From NCBI GenBank assembly GCA_031418275.1, contig JANOXF010000065.1, positions 1 to 54,834 on the forward strand: 54,834 nucleotides of DNA, read 5' to 3'. The notes beneath the pieces are model-generated. The model was not told the origin of the DNA. It was given only the letters and a program-made list of their open reading frames with translations, and searched no databases. Positions 8,261-16,660 of the stretch are shown here, in pieces. The translations under genes were made by a program, and so were the position numbers. Every line of letters starts with the position of its first letter. Positions within the stretch are counted from its first letter, which is position 1. The DNA is from Candidatus Kaiserbacteria bacterium (lineage in GTDB: Bacteria > Patescibacteriota > Minisyncoccia > Phycocordibacterales > UBA918).

Positions 8261-9424
8261 ATGCCCTTTCTCGATTTTTTAGGTAATACGCTCGTAAGTG
8301 TACTCGTTGTCTACCTCTCGCTTGTAAATACGTTTGCCGAGAGAATCGAAACATACTTTACCCAAGACACTTCACATATCGAAGTGAGTGCACGCGAGAA
8401 AACGCCCTCGGTCACCGCATCTGTTCCAAGTGAAAAACTCACACTCCTCTCGCGTCTCTACGCACACGCAGGGGGCATCCCCGCAATCCTCAAAGAGAAT
8501 AGTGCGTTCCAAGATGCAGCGCGTGGAGCTGAACAATTAGCTACAGTCCAAAGCGCCTTTTCTCCTGAAACACCAATCAATGTTCAAATGAAGGCATCTA
8601 TTGTGAATATTCTCTGTGAGTACAAGACCGACGCATATACGCGCACCACAACAGGAACTGGGTTCTTTATCCATGAGAACGGGGTAATCCTCACGAATGC
8701 ACACGTTGCACAGTTTCTCCTCCTTAAGGGCACCCATGACACAATCAAGGCAGCAGGGTGCATCGTACGAAGCGGAGACCCTGCAACACCTCGGTACAAA
8801 GCAGAACTCCTTTTCATTTCGCCGACATGGATATCGCACAACGCTAAACTTATCACTGAAGAGACCCCGCGCGGGACAGGCGAATTTGACTACGCACTCC
8901 TTTACGTAGCTGGTTCACTCGATGGAACCCCGCTTCCAACAGTTTTCCCTGCTATTCCGGTAGACACTACATTTCTCTCAAAAAATCTCACGAATGCGGA
9001 AGTCCTCACTGCTGGGTATCCGGCAGAAAAACTCTTCCAAAATGGTGCCAATGCAAAACTTATTCCCAAAGTTGCGTCGACAACGATACACGAACTCTAC
9101 ACATTCGGAAGTAACTACGCTGACATATTCTCAATTGGATCAACACAGGTTGGGGAGCAAGGTGCGTCTGGTGGTCCCATCGTACTTCCCACAAAAGGAG
9201 CTATTGGCCTCATTGTCACAAAGGGAGATGAGTTGACCGACGGTACGAGTAGTCTCCGCGGGCTCACCCTCTCATACATTGATCGTACCATTCAAGCGGA
9301 GACTGGATTTTCGCTCATACAGAATGCCCAAGGGGACTTACCATTCCGGAGTGAAGTGTTTGCAAAGGCTCTCGCTCCGTTCCTTGGGCAACTACTTACC
9401 TACGAACTCCGCGATACAGAATAG
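8261..9424 (+). CDS. trypsin-like serine protease, membrane anchored
   Basis: GTGFFIHENGVILTNAHV (His) and GEQGASGGPIV (Ser) motifs. The track start at 8252 is TTG. ATG 8261 lies 9 nt after TACAAT (8246-8251). Confidence 0.8.
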   Translation: MPFLDFLGNTLVSVLVVYLSLVNTFAERIETYFTQDTSHIEVSAREKTPSVTASVPSEKLTLLSRLYAHAGGIPAILKENSAFQDAARGAEQLATVQSAFSPETPINVQMKASIVNILCEYKTDAYTRTTTGTGFFIHENGVILTNAHVAQFLLLKGTHDTIKAAGCIVRSGDPATPRYKAELLFISPTWISHNAKLITEETPRGTGEFDYALLYVAGSLDGTPLPTVFPAIPVDTTFLSKNLTNAEVLTAGYPAEKLFQNGANAKLIPKVASTTIHELYTFGSNYADIFSIGSTQVGEQGASGGPIVLPTKGAIGLIVTKGDELTDGTSSLRGLTLSYIDRTIQAETGFSLIQNAQGDLPFRSEVFAKALAPFLGQLLTYELRDTE

Positions 9425-9444
9425 TAGTTAATTTAGAAAAGAGA

Positions 9445-9476
9445 GCAGCGCGCCCCACAGGGGGCGCGCTGCTTTT
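9445..9476. terminator. bidirectional terminator between convergent genes
   Basis: gcagcgcgcccc-acag-ggggcgcgctgc followed by TTTT. Confidence 0.8.
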
Positions 9477-9487
9477 ATACTCACCGG

Positions 9488-10864
9488 CTATTGAACCTCG
9501 AGGGGTTCTGGAGTCTCATCAACAACAACTGTTGTGGAGCTCGTCGTAGTGCCAACCGTTCCTTCGGTCGTCGTTGCTGTGGTTGTTCCGAGTAACTCAC
9601 CGGTGACCGTTCCTGGCACAGGAAGTATTTCGCCCACTACCGGTGCTACTAACTTCATAAGGTCTTCAGCAAGTGCTCGTGCCTCGCCACCAACGGTCTC
9701 AGCACCTTCAATGTTCTCTTCGGTTATAAAAGCGCGTGCTGCTTCAATGCGGAGTACAAGGTCAGCAAGTCCAATCTTTACTTTCTCGGCAATTCCCGCA
9801 TCAGTTATGGTGGGCGTTGCAGCTTCAACAGCTACCCTACTCGCCTCGGATTCAGTTATGCTTTGTTGAACTGCACTGAGTCTTTCCGCAGGTGTGAGCA
9901 CGACAGGGACGAGTGTCTCAAGCGTTACGGTCTCACGAATATCAATGTCGGTCATAAACGCAATGAGTTTCTGCGTGAGGCTGAGTGCGTCAATCATGTC
10001 ACCCATCGCAGTAGCCTCATCAGTCGCGCGGAGCTCTTTTGCTCCAACTATTTTTCGGTCAATATCAGCGAATCGTCTATCGATGTCGGCAATCTCCTCC
10101 GTCGTCGCTGATTTCTTCACTGATTCGAAGAGTTCATACGCTCGCGTCGTCTCGCTCTCGATACGTCCTGTGAGGCCGTCAAACGATGGCGATGCAGAAT
10201 CTGCGTCTGAGGCTACCTCTTCGCGTACGGTATTCACCGCATTAATAATGCCATCAACTGACGAGGTGTTCTCTTCTTTTCCGCTCTCATTAAGTACCGC
10301 AGATTGCACCTCAAGCGCAGAACTGAAGGCAATCCCCGCAAGTGCTGCCTCCTCTTCGTTATCTACCCGAATTTCAGCAATTCCCGTCTGTACCGCACTT
10401 GCGTGCTCCCGTACCGTTTCAGCAATCTGAGCCTCAACTTCCTCCGTAAGCTTTCCCTCACTCGCAAGGAGACGTGCTTCACCAATGCGGCGCTCCATGA
10501 GCTTTGTCTCGAGGGTGACCTTTTGATACGGTGTCGTCGCAAGCTGTGTACGAATACCTTCGGTTACCCCAGTCTTCACCAAGTAGAGCACATCACCAGG
10601 CACTGAACGCTCTGCAACAAATGGTACGCCCACAATGAGCACCATAGCTACTACAGTAGCAAAAATCTTTACACGGAGTGTGTTGAGTGAAACATATACA
10701 AAATCTGTTCGATTGAAAAACGAGACGTGCTCTGTCTTCCCATGCTTGGGGAGTGGATGGTATTCCATATACGAAAGCACGCGATCGCGTATTGCCTCTC
10801 GCTCAATCGCCTTAAGGCGTGTCTTCAATGCGTATTTTTTTATCTCTGTCTCAAATGACTTCAT
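9488..10864 (-). CDS. anti-sigma-like membrane protein (DUF5667-like extracellular region)
   Basis: It overlaps the upstream sigma gene by ATGA. Short cytoplasmic N-terminus, one TM helix, then a long helical Ala/Glu-rich ectodomain. Confidence 0.6.
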   Translation of the reverse strand: MKSFETEIKKYALKTRLKAIEREAIRDRVLSYMEYHPLPKHGKTEHVSFFNRTDFVYVSLNTLRVKIFATVVAMVLIVGVPFVAERSVPGDVLYLVKTGVTEGIRTQLATTPYQKVTLETKLMERRIGEARLLASEGKLTEEVEAQIAETVREHASAVQTGIAEIRVDNEEEAALAGIAFSSALEVQSAVLNESGKEENTSSVDGIINAVNTVREEVASDADSASPSFDGLTGRIESETTRAYELFESVKKSATTEEIADIDRRFADIDRKIVGAKELRATDEATAMGDMIDALSLTQKLIAFMTDIDIRETVTLETLVPVVLTPAERLSAVQQSITESEASRVAVEAATPTITDAGIAEKVKIGLADLVLRIEAARAFITEENIEGAETVGGEARALAEDLMKLVAPVVGEILPVPGTVTGELLGTTTATTTEGTVGTTTSSTTVVVDETPEPLEVQ

Positions 10865-11469
10865 AGTATTGGTTTCAAACGTTTGTCCTCTGCTCGTTCT
10901 TCTCTGAGCACAATCTTCTCTTTGAGTAGTCGGAGTGCGCGGTGAATTCGCACCGACACCACATTTTCTGTCTCCTCGATGAGCTCACTGATTTCTTTTG
11001 GCCCGAGCCCATCGACGTACCGGAGTGTGATTACCTCGCGGTACACCGGTGGCAGTTCTCCAAGGAGCTCGAGTGCTTGTTTCGCGTCGAGCGAGAATGT
11101 AACCTCATCAACATTCCCTGCATGGAGCTCTGGAAATGCACCTTCATCAGTCCCCTCTTCGGCGAGCATTGCGTCAAGCGAATACTCTTTTCGCCTCCGA
11201 TACTCATCGATAATCAGGTTATTGATGACCTTGTAGAGAAAGGACTTGTACGTCTCAATCTCATGGCCCCCACGCACATATCCCCATACCTTGGTATAGG
11301 TGTCATGGACGATCTCTATCGCACGTTCACGATCTGAGAGCCGGTACACTGCATGGCGAAAAAGTGCATCGGCGTACTCATCGAACGCTTTCAAAAAACG
11401 CTCTTCTGGGTTTCCACCAGGCGAGTCGCCCCCCGCTCCTCCGGCTTGGTTGTTGTCCTTCTTAGCCAT
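10861..11469 (-). CDS. ECF-type RNA polymerase sigma-70 family factor
   Basis: Region 2 (IVHDTYTKVWGYV) and region 4 (VITLRYVDGLGPKEISELIEETENVVSVRIHRALRLLKE). ATG 11469 lies 9 nt after TATAAT (11479-11484). Confidence 0.85.
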   Translation of the reverse strand: MAKKDNNQAGGAGGDSPGGNPEERFLKAFDEYADALFRHAVYRLSDRERAIEIVHDTYTKVWGYVRGGHEIETYKSFLYKVINNLIIDEYRRRKEYSLDAMLAEEGTDEGAFPELHAGNVDEVTFSLDAKQALELLGELPPVYREVITLRYVDGLGPKEISELIEETENVVSVRIHRALRLLKEKIVLREERAEDKRLKPIL

Positions 11470-11560
11470 GTGGAAACCATTATAAGCGAAGACGGTCAAA
11501 ATGCCGACTTCTTTCACAGAATATTGTGTAATGTGAGGGCAAGACTACTAAAAACCATTG

Positions 11561-11593
11561 AAAAAGGCCGCAAGCTGAGGCTTGCGGCCTTTT
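11561..11593. terminator. bidirectional terminator hairpin
   Basis: aaaaaggccgcaag-ctgagg-cttgcggcctttt. Confidence 0.75.
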
Positions 11594-11617
11594 GACCTTG
11601 GAAACCCCCGTCTGGTT

Positions 11618-11992
11618 TCACCAGAGTGAGTCAAACCCGTGACCACCCCGCCCCGGCTCCGAGAAGTCCTGCCGTCCAAAATCAGTGCCGAAAAACTTGC
11701 GGCGTGGGCTGGCAAGACGACGTGCCTCCTCCTGTCGTTGACGCTTACCCCGTTGCCATGTCTCCCTGATGGAACCAAGCATGAGCTTCACAAACTCGAA
11801 CGACGGTGGGTCGTTGAGCTCGTCTGTCACACCATTGAGCCAATCCACATAGCTTGTGCCGTCGGGAGCGTGCTCGAAGAGCGAACCAACAATGGAACGC
11901 ATACCCTTGTGGCTTTTGTAGGCAATGCACGAGAAACAATCTTCTGGTGCTTTGAACCCCTCTGGGAAGGGCGCTGTGAGAACAAGGAACAT
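11618..11992 (-). CDS. hypothetical protein
   Basis: GGAGG lies 5 nt before ATG 11992 (MFLVLTAPFPEGF...). Confidence 0.55.
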   Translation of the reverse strand: MFLVLTAPFPEGFKAPEDCFSCIAYKSHKGMRSIVGSLFEHAPDGTSYVDWLNGVTDELNDPPSFEFVKLMLGSIRETWQRGKRQRQEEARRLASPRRKFFGTDFGRQDFSEPGRGGHGFDSLW

Positions 11993-12275
11993 AACAACCT
12001 CCAATCGTGATGGGATGATTCGATGCTACTCCAAGACGTACTCACTGTCTACAAACACAAACCCCCACGTGTTCCCCATCGCTCTTACTCAAGTACGGCA
12101 CGAGTCTCTCCGGTATCATCTTATGCATCAAAAATTGCTGTGTCCCCAAGACCTTTTCAATCGGAAGGCTAAGATCTTTCCGGCTTTTTGGGGAATTCCC
12201 TTCCTTGAATCTAATGATGGTGTTTCTTGCATATATAAGTTTATCATTTCCGAACTTAATCCACTTAGGCGCGCC

Positions 12276-12896
12276 TTAATTACCGTGTAAACGAATGTGC
12301 TCAATAAGCTCGGGGAATTCTTCAATGATGAAATGGTTCTTATCCTCGAATGAGATAAGCTCAGCATCAGGAAGCGCAGCTTTGTATTTGAGCGCATGAG
12401 CGTAGGGGACAACAGGATCATCTTTTGAGTGGAGAATGTACATTGCCCCGACTTGCGCAGCAAGTCGGGGCAAGTTTGCAGGTTCGAACTTAAAGTCGCC
12501 TCCGTCTTCCCCGCCAAAATCATCGGGCTCAAACGCTGCTGCGAGGAGGTAGAGCGCACGCACCGTCACAGGCATCTGTTCTTCCGAAAGATACCGAGCA
12601 AGAAAATATCCACCATGTGAGTGCCCAATGAGTGTTACTCCGTCACGGAGAAACGAATGGTATCGCTCGAACCAAATCTTCCATTCGAGGTATTTTGCAC
12701 TCTGTTTGTTCGGCATTGAGGGGTAGTACACTTCGTGTGTTTCAATAAGCGTTTCTCGTAACGATGATTGCCATCGCTTCCGGACATTTTCGCCGAGCGG
12801 ATCATCAATTTCTTCGGTGTGAAGATATATGAGAAAATCTTCATACCTGGTGAATGCTTCCCCTCCATGAATGAATACAATTTGTTTCTTTTCCAT
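12276..12896 (-). CDS. alpha/beta hydrolase (YdeN/RBBP9-like serine hydrolase)
   Basis: IVFIHGG and the nucleophile elbow LIGHSHGG. Length about 200 aa. Confidence 0.7.
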   Translation of the reverse strand: MEKKQIVFIHGGEAFTRYEDFLIYLHTEEIDDPLGENVRKRWQSSLRETLIETHEVYYPSMPNKQSAKYLEWKIWFERYHSFLRDGVTLIGHSHGGYFLARYLSEEQMPVTVRALYLLAAAFEPDDFGGEDGGDFKFEPANLPRLAAQVGAMYILHSKDDPVVPYAHALKYKAALPDAELISFEDKNHFIIEEFPELIEHIRLHGN

Positions 12897-12902
12897 ATCT
12901 AA

Positions 12903-13826
12903 CTATAGCCATCGATTGCGACTAAAGAAATACACCGTCCCTCCCATTGCGACGATAATGAGTAGGACAACTCCCCAAAATGCGTGTGGCAATCCTTGAA
13001 AAGGAAGCGGGACATTCATACCAAAAAGTGATGAGACGAGTGTTGGAATAGTGAGGACAATCGTCACGGCAGTGAGAATGCGCATTGTATTGTTGAGCTC
13101 TTGCGTAAGTATGGCTTCGCTCGCGGTACGAATGTTTTGAATGGTTTTTAAGATTGATTGTGCTGAGTCAATGAGCTGACCACATTCAATGAGTAGGTCC
13201 TCGAGAAGTTCGCGATCATCATTAAGAAACTGAATGTGGTTCCCTTTCGTGAGGTGGTTGAACCACACGTTCGTCGGCACGAGCGCTGAAATCATTTCAT
13301 TGAGCTCCTGCTCAATGAAAACGAGTCGTTCGAGGTCTCCTCCACGCATACTGCGCACCCGTCCCATGTCCCGGTATACCATCTTTCGTGTCCGTGTGAG
13401 CTTACGTTCATACGCAACCATGAGTTCAGTAAGGAACTCGAGGAACAAAAAGGTTTTCTCCGTGGTGAGAAACGAGCGTTTTCCGTCTATGAATGCCCGG
13501 AGAAATGGTACCTCCTGTTCAGCAATGGTGATGAGGAATGTTTCACCAAGAATAATAAGAATTGGTGCAGTATCAATATCAAGGTCCTTTACGTCGTATG
13601 GATACCTTGTGAAAAAGTATGCTACTGAACCTTCCTTTTCAAAACGTGGAACTTCAAAAAAATCTTGAATATCTTCAATGATTGTTTCTTCAAGCCCATA
13701 CTGTGCAGTAAGTTCAACAAACTCCTCAGGTGTCGGTGCGACAACATGTGTCCACAACCCCGTACGAGACACGTCTACTGTTGTGAGGCCGGTTTCCTTT
13801 TCGCTTTTATAATAGTGAGTAACCAT
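12903..13826 (-). CDS. corA: CorA-family magnesium/cobalt transporter
   Basis: GMN motif (LFGMNVPLPF) followed by a C-terminal TM helix. Length 307 aa. Confidence 0.9.
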   Translation of the reverse strand: MVTHYYKSEKETGLTTVDVSRTGLWTHVVAPTPEEFVELTAQYGLEETIIEDIQDFFEVPRFEKEGSVAYFFTRYPYDVKDLDIDTAPILIILGETFLITIAEQEVPFLRAFIDGKRSFLTTEKTFLFLEFLTELMVAYERKLTRTRKMVYRDMGRVRSMRGGDLERLVFIEQELNEMISALVPTNVWFNHLTKGNHIQFLNDDRELLEDLLIECGQLIDSAQSILKTIQNIRTASEAILTQELNNTMRILTAVTIVLTIPTLVSSLFGMNVPLPFQGLPHAFWGVVLLIIVAMGGTVYFFSRNRWL

Positions 13827-13945
13827 AGTATTCCAATTCTTGTGAGTGTATCAGACAACTTTGAATCTCGCATTTTTTGCAGTGGGATGGTATCATCGGG
13901 GGCACGAAGTTAAGGGATTTTTTACTTTATGTGAGAAATTCAGGG

Positions 13946-13999
13946 TGTATCTTCGATACATTTCTTCTTCAAAGAACGAATGGGGTGTATCACGATACA
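13946..13999. promoter_or_regulatory. two TGTATC-N2/3-GATACA palindromes 40 bp apart; candidate operator pair
   Basis: 13946-13960 tgtatcttcgataca and 13986-13999 tgtatcacgataca, each preceded by GGG. Confidence 0.4.
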
Positions 14000-14132
14000 A
14001 CCCTGCTTCGCTCGGAAATCTTGAATTTCGCACTCCGTGCTTGTTCTCTCGCAAATACTTAAAATTCAAGTAAACTTTGATTTCAAGTATTTGCGAGAGA
14101 ACGCCTTGAATTCAAGACTTCTCTCGCTACAT

Positions 14133-14203
14133 CGGGGTGTAGCATAGTGGTAGTGTACTCGGTTTGGGACCGAGTGGTCCGGGTTCGATTCCCGGCTCCC
14201 CGA
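14133..14203 (+). tRNA. tRNA-Pro (anticodon TGG), no encoded CCA
   Basis: CGGGGTG...CTCGG-TTTGGGA-CCGAG...CCGGG-TTCGATT-CCCGG-CTCCCCG-A. Confidence 0.9.
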
Positions 14204-14207
14204 CAAG

Positions 14208-14230
14208 AAAGCGGCCTTTAGGCCGCTTTT
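14208..14230 (+). terminator. terminator of tRNA-Pro
   Basis: gcggcc-ttta-ggccgc followed by TTTT. Confidence 0.75.
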
Positions 14231-14417
14231 GTCGTGGAGCCGGGAATCGAAAGACGCAGCGTTGTGAGACACTATTCACAATGTGTCGAACAAGCGAGTC
14301 GGGGTCGCGAGTGCTTACTAAAATTAGAGCAGAGCGAATAATTATAGTTAGCAACTTGTGACCGATTCCCTGCTTTTTCGTAATGAAAGATTTATAGTTT
14401 CTTTCCACAAAAGCACA

Positions 14418-14949
14418 GTTTCATGTGAAACGGTGCTTTTGTGAAAAAATTGCTTTATTATCGTTCCACGTGGCACGTTGTATAATGTTTCACATGAAAC
14501 TAATCAAGTATTACATTATCAATTAGTTTAATTCGAGCAATCTTTTCACGTGGAACGAGGCGCAAAGTAATTATATCTGTCTGCCACTCCCCTTTATATT
14601 TATTCTCAGCAATCCACGTCTGGATTGCCCTTTTGAACCGATCTATTTTATTTCTATGAACATTTTCCTCAGGTCTCCATGTTTCATGTGAAACCGAATA
14701 ATCTAATGCAGACTTTGTTTCATATGAAACAGTTTTTACCTCTACAAAATGGACCTTTCCTGATGTTTCACGTGTAATGATATCAATTTCTCCCCACTTT
14801 TTGTTGTAGTTACACTCGATAATACGAAAATCTTGCGATTCTAACCACGCAGCAGCCATTTGCTCACCTAGCTTCCCAATTTCGTTATGCCTTGCCATGT
14901 TTCATATGAAACACTAGATTGTACTTCAAATCAATGTTCCACGTGGAAC
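14418..14949. repeat. cluster of nine 14-bp palindromes GTTYCAYRTGRAAC
   Basis: Sites at 14418, 14463, 14487, 14543, 14681, 14717, 14765, 14899 and 14936 (start coordinates). Some have one imperfect half. Confidence 0.85.
14500..14898 (-). CDS. YraN-family (UPF0102) predicted endonuclease
   Basis: GKLGEQMAAAWLESQDFRIIECNYNKKWGEIDIITRE...VHFVEVKT matches the YraN pattern (GE.A..yL...G...l..N.r...GEiDli......lvFVEVK). Confidence 0.75.
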   Translation of the reverse strand: MARHNEIGKLGEQMAAAWLESQDFRIIECNYNKKWGEIDIITRETSGKVHFVEVKTVSYETKSALDYSVSHETWRPEENVHRNKIDRFKRAIQTWIAENKYKGEWQTDIITLRLVPREKIARIKLIDNVILD

Positions 14950-15293
14950 TTTGAAAGTGTGAATATTGTTAGATAACCTAACTGCAATTACATGTTTTGA
15001 GCCATATGTTAAGGACATGACTCTTTTTTAGTTCTGTCCTTTATACACATATACACTGAGTTTTCAACATCTTTCCACATATTCTCTGAGAGTGTCTTTT
15101 ATGAGGTTGGGGATGTCTTATAGAGACGAATTCCCCTGAATCAGGGTATTCTGAGGTAATTGCTGACATACGGTCGCAGCTTTGGTTGATGCTATTTTAT
15201 TCCTACAACATGAAATTACCGGCAAACTCTTTCGATTACTTCTCCTGTTTGCATAAAACGAACAGATGCGGCAAAGGGTAATGATCCCTTGGA

Positions 15294-15373
15294 TTCTAAG
15301 TATTTACTTTGCTCATAAATACTAAGATCCTTGGACGGCTGCTCGTATCACGGGCATTAGGAATAGCCAGTGA
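15294..15373. repeat. two-hairpin module, copy A
   Basis: H1 at 15294-15328 (ttctaagtattt...aaatactaagat). H2 at 15348-15373 (tcacgggc-ATTAGGAATA-gccagtga). Confidence 0.7.
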
Positions 15374-15468
15374 TATACTGCGCAGCTTTCGATTACCCAC
15401 AGAAAGCACGAAGGTGCTTTGTTCTAGCTGCGCCAATAGAAAAGGCGCCGTGAGGCGCTTTTTCATTG

Positions 15469-15492
15469 GTGCGGCCAGGGGTAATCGAAACC
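15469..15492 (-). repeat. 24-bp duplicate of the 3' end of tRNA-Gly(GCC)
   Basis: gtgcggccaggggtaatcgaaacc is identical to 15794-15817. Confidence 0.9.
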
Positions 15493-15660
15493 TGATGGTC
15501 ACTAATTCGTTTCACTCATAAGTGCCACGGGTCACGCCTCACTTGTTCGTAAACTCACATAGTTCCGGCGGTTTCGATTACCCCAAAAGGTGCGCAGGCA
15601 CCTTTCTCCTGGCCACAATCGTAAAAGTCCTTGAAGGAGACTTTTGTTTTGACCTCTGGT

Positions 15661-15733
15661 TTCTAAGCTCATTGCATTCGCTAAGAACCTCCTGCCCGGG
15701 CTCGCCCGTTTTTGTATTAGGAATAACAAAAAC
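15661..15733. repeat. two-hairpin module, copy B
   Basis: H1 at 15661-15687 (ttctaagc...gctaagaa). H2 at 15708-15733 (gtttttgt-ATTAGGAATA-acaaaaac). Confidence 0.7.
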
Positions 15734-15794
15734 ATGGCTCCGCCTCACAAAAGCGAAACGACCTGAAATTAATCAGGTCGTTTTAGCGCTTTTG

Positions 15795-15865
15795 TGCGGC
15801 CAGGGGTAATCGAAACCCCGACTAATGCTTGGCAAGCATTCGTTATACCACTTAACCATGGCCGC
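15795..15865 (-). tRNA. tRNA-Gly (anticodon GCC), no encoded CCA
   Basis: GCGGCCA-TG-GTTA..-AATGC-TTGCCAA-GCATT-..-GGGGT-TTCGATT-ACCCC-TGGCCGC-A. Confidence 0.9.
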
Positions 15866-15876
15866 AAACTACTCCT

Positions 15877-16536
15877 CTATAACTCCTTTAGAGCAAGCTC
15901 TATCCACTTCATGAGCTTTTTCTTCATGACAGCGCTACCGATTATAGTATTTCCAACACCATACTGCAATGTGCGCTTTGTACTTTTTCCTTGAATTACT
16001 TGATATTTGTGGAATTGAGCGAGGGGAATCTTAAGTGCCTTTGACCACGCTCGTGAACATTTCTCCGGATCAAGATCAGGGTAGAGCAGTACCCAAAAAC
16101 GTATCTTTTCACGTGGAACACCCAAAAACGCTTCGAGAAAAGCGATGAAGATGCGGTGGATGTCCATTTGTATATTTGCGAGACGGATGAGGCGAGAATC
16201 GCCATTATCACCCTCACCAACGTAGAGCATGAGCCCCGCAATGAAAAGGGAACTGGTCTTGTAATGTTTGTATTCAATAACTGCAGAACGCTCCGCTTCT
16301 GCATAGAGTTTTTTGTATTGATTCCCACGAGCTTTATTGAGGAGAGAGATACGTTTACTATTTTCTTTTGAGGCACGCTTCTGATTGTCTTCGGTTATTT
16401 TATGAGACCATTGCTCATCTTTGAGCCAGAGGGAAATCGTGCTCACCGAGACGCCAACGTACTTTGCAATCTCAGTATAGGTAAAACCTCGCCTACGAAG
16501 CTCTAGGGCTTTTTGTTTTTCTGCTTTTTTACTCAT
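15877..16536 (-). CDS. HTH domain plus single LAGLIDADG-like motif protein (putative free-standing homing-endonuclease-like)
   Basis: RRRGFTYTEIAKYVGVSVSTISLWLKD (HTH) and FIAGLMLYVGEGDNG (LAGLIDADG-like). Paralog of 17069-17746. It stops 11 nt before tRNA-Gly. Confidence 0.55.
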   Translation of the reverse strand: MSKKAEKQKALELRRRGFTYTEIAKYVGVSVSTISLWLKDEQWSHKITEDNQKRASKENSKRISLLNKARGNQYKKLYAEAERSAVIEYKHYKTSSLFIAGLMLYVGEGDNGDSRLIRLANIQMDIHRIFIAFLEAFLGVPREKIRFWVLLYPDLDPEKCSRAWSKALKIPLAQFHKYQVIQGKSTKRTLQYGVGNTIIGSAVMKKKLMKWIELALKEL

Positions 16537-16660
16537 GGTAGTATGAGTATATTATCTACTAAGCCATAGGTTCGATTTATACTGATTTCGAGTATGGTGG
16601 GGGATACTGGGGTCGGAGGGACTCGGTCGCAAGTTGCCAAGTCACTTTGTGGGGTCAAGT

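Noticed and set aside
14044-14101. Long hairpin upstream of tRNA-Pro (ttctctcgcaaatactt...aagtatttgcgagagaa) as another copy of the CTAAG hairpin family
   Set aside because: The arm order (aaatactt then aagtattt) is inverted relative to the family in either orientation, and the CTAAG/A.A signature is absent. It is noted only as an unexplained 17-bp-arm inverted repeat.
15296-15735. Track ORFs 15296-15502 and 15532-15735 (and 16655-16915) as ordinary protein genes
   Set aside because: They run through tRNA remnants, terminators and hairpin modules. Only the 26-codon segment over the two-hairpin module is conserved, and it is treated as an alternative hypothesis in the findings.
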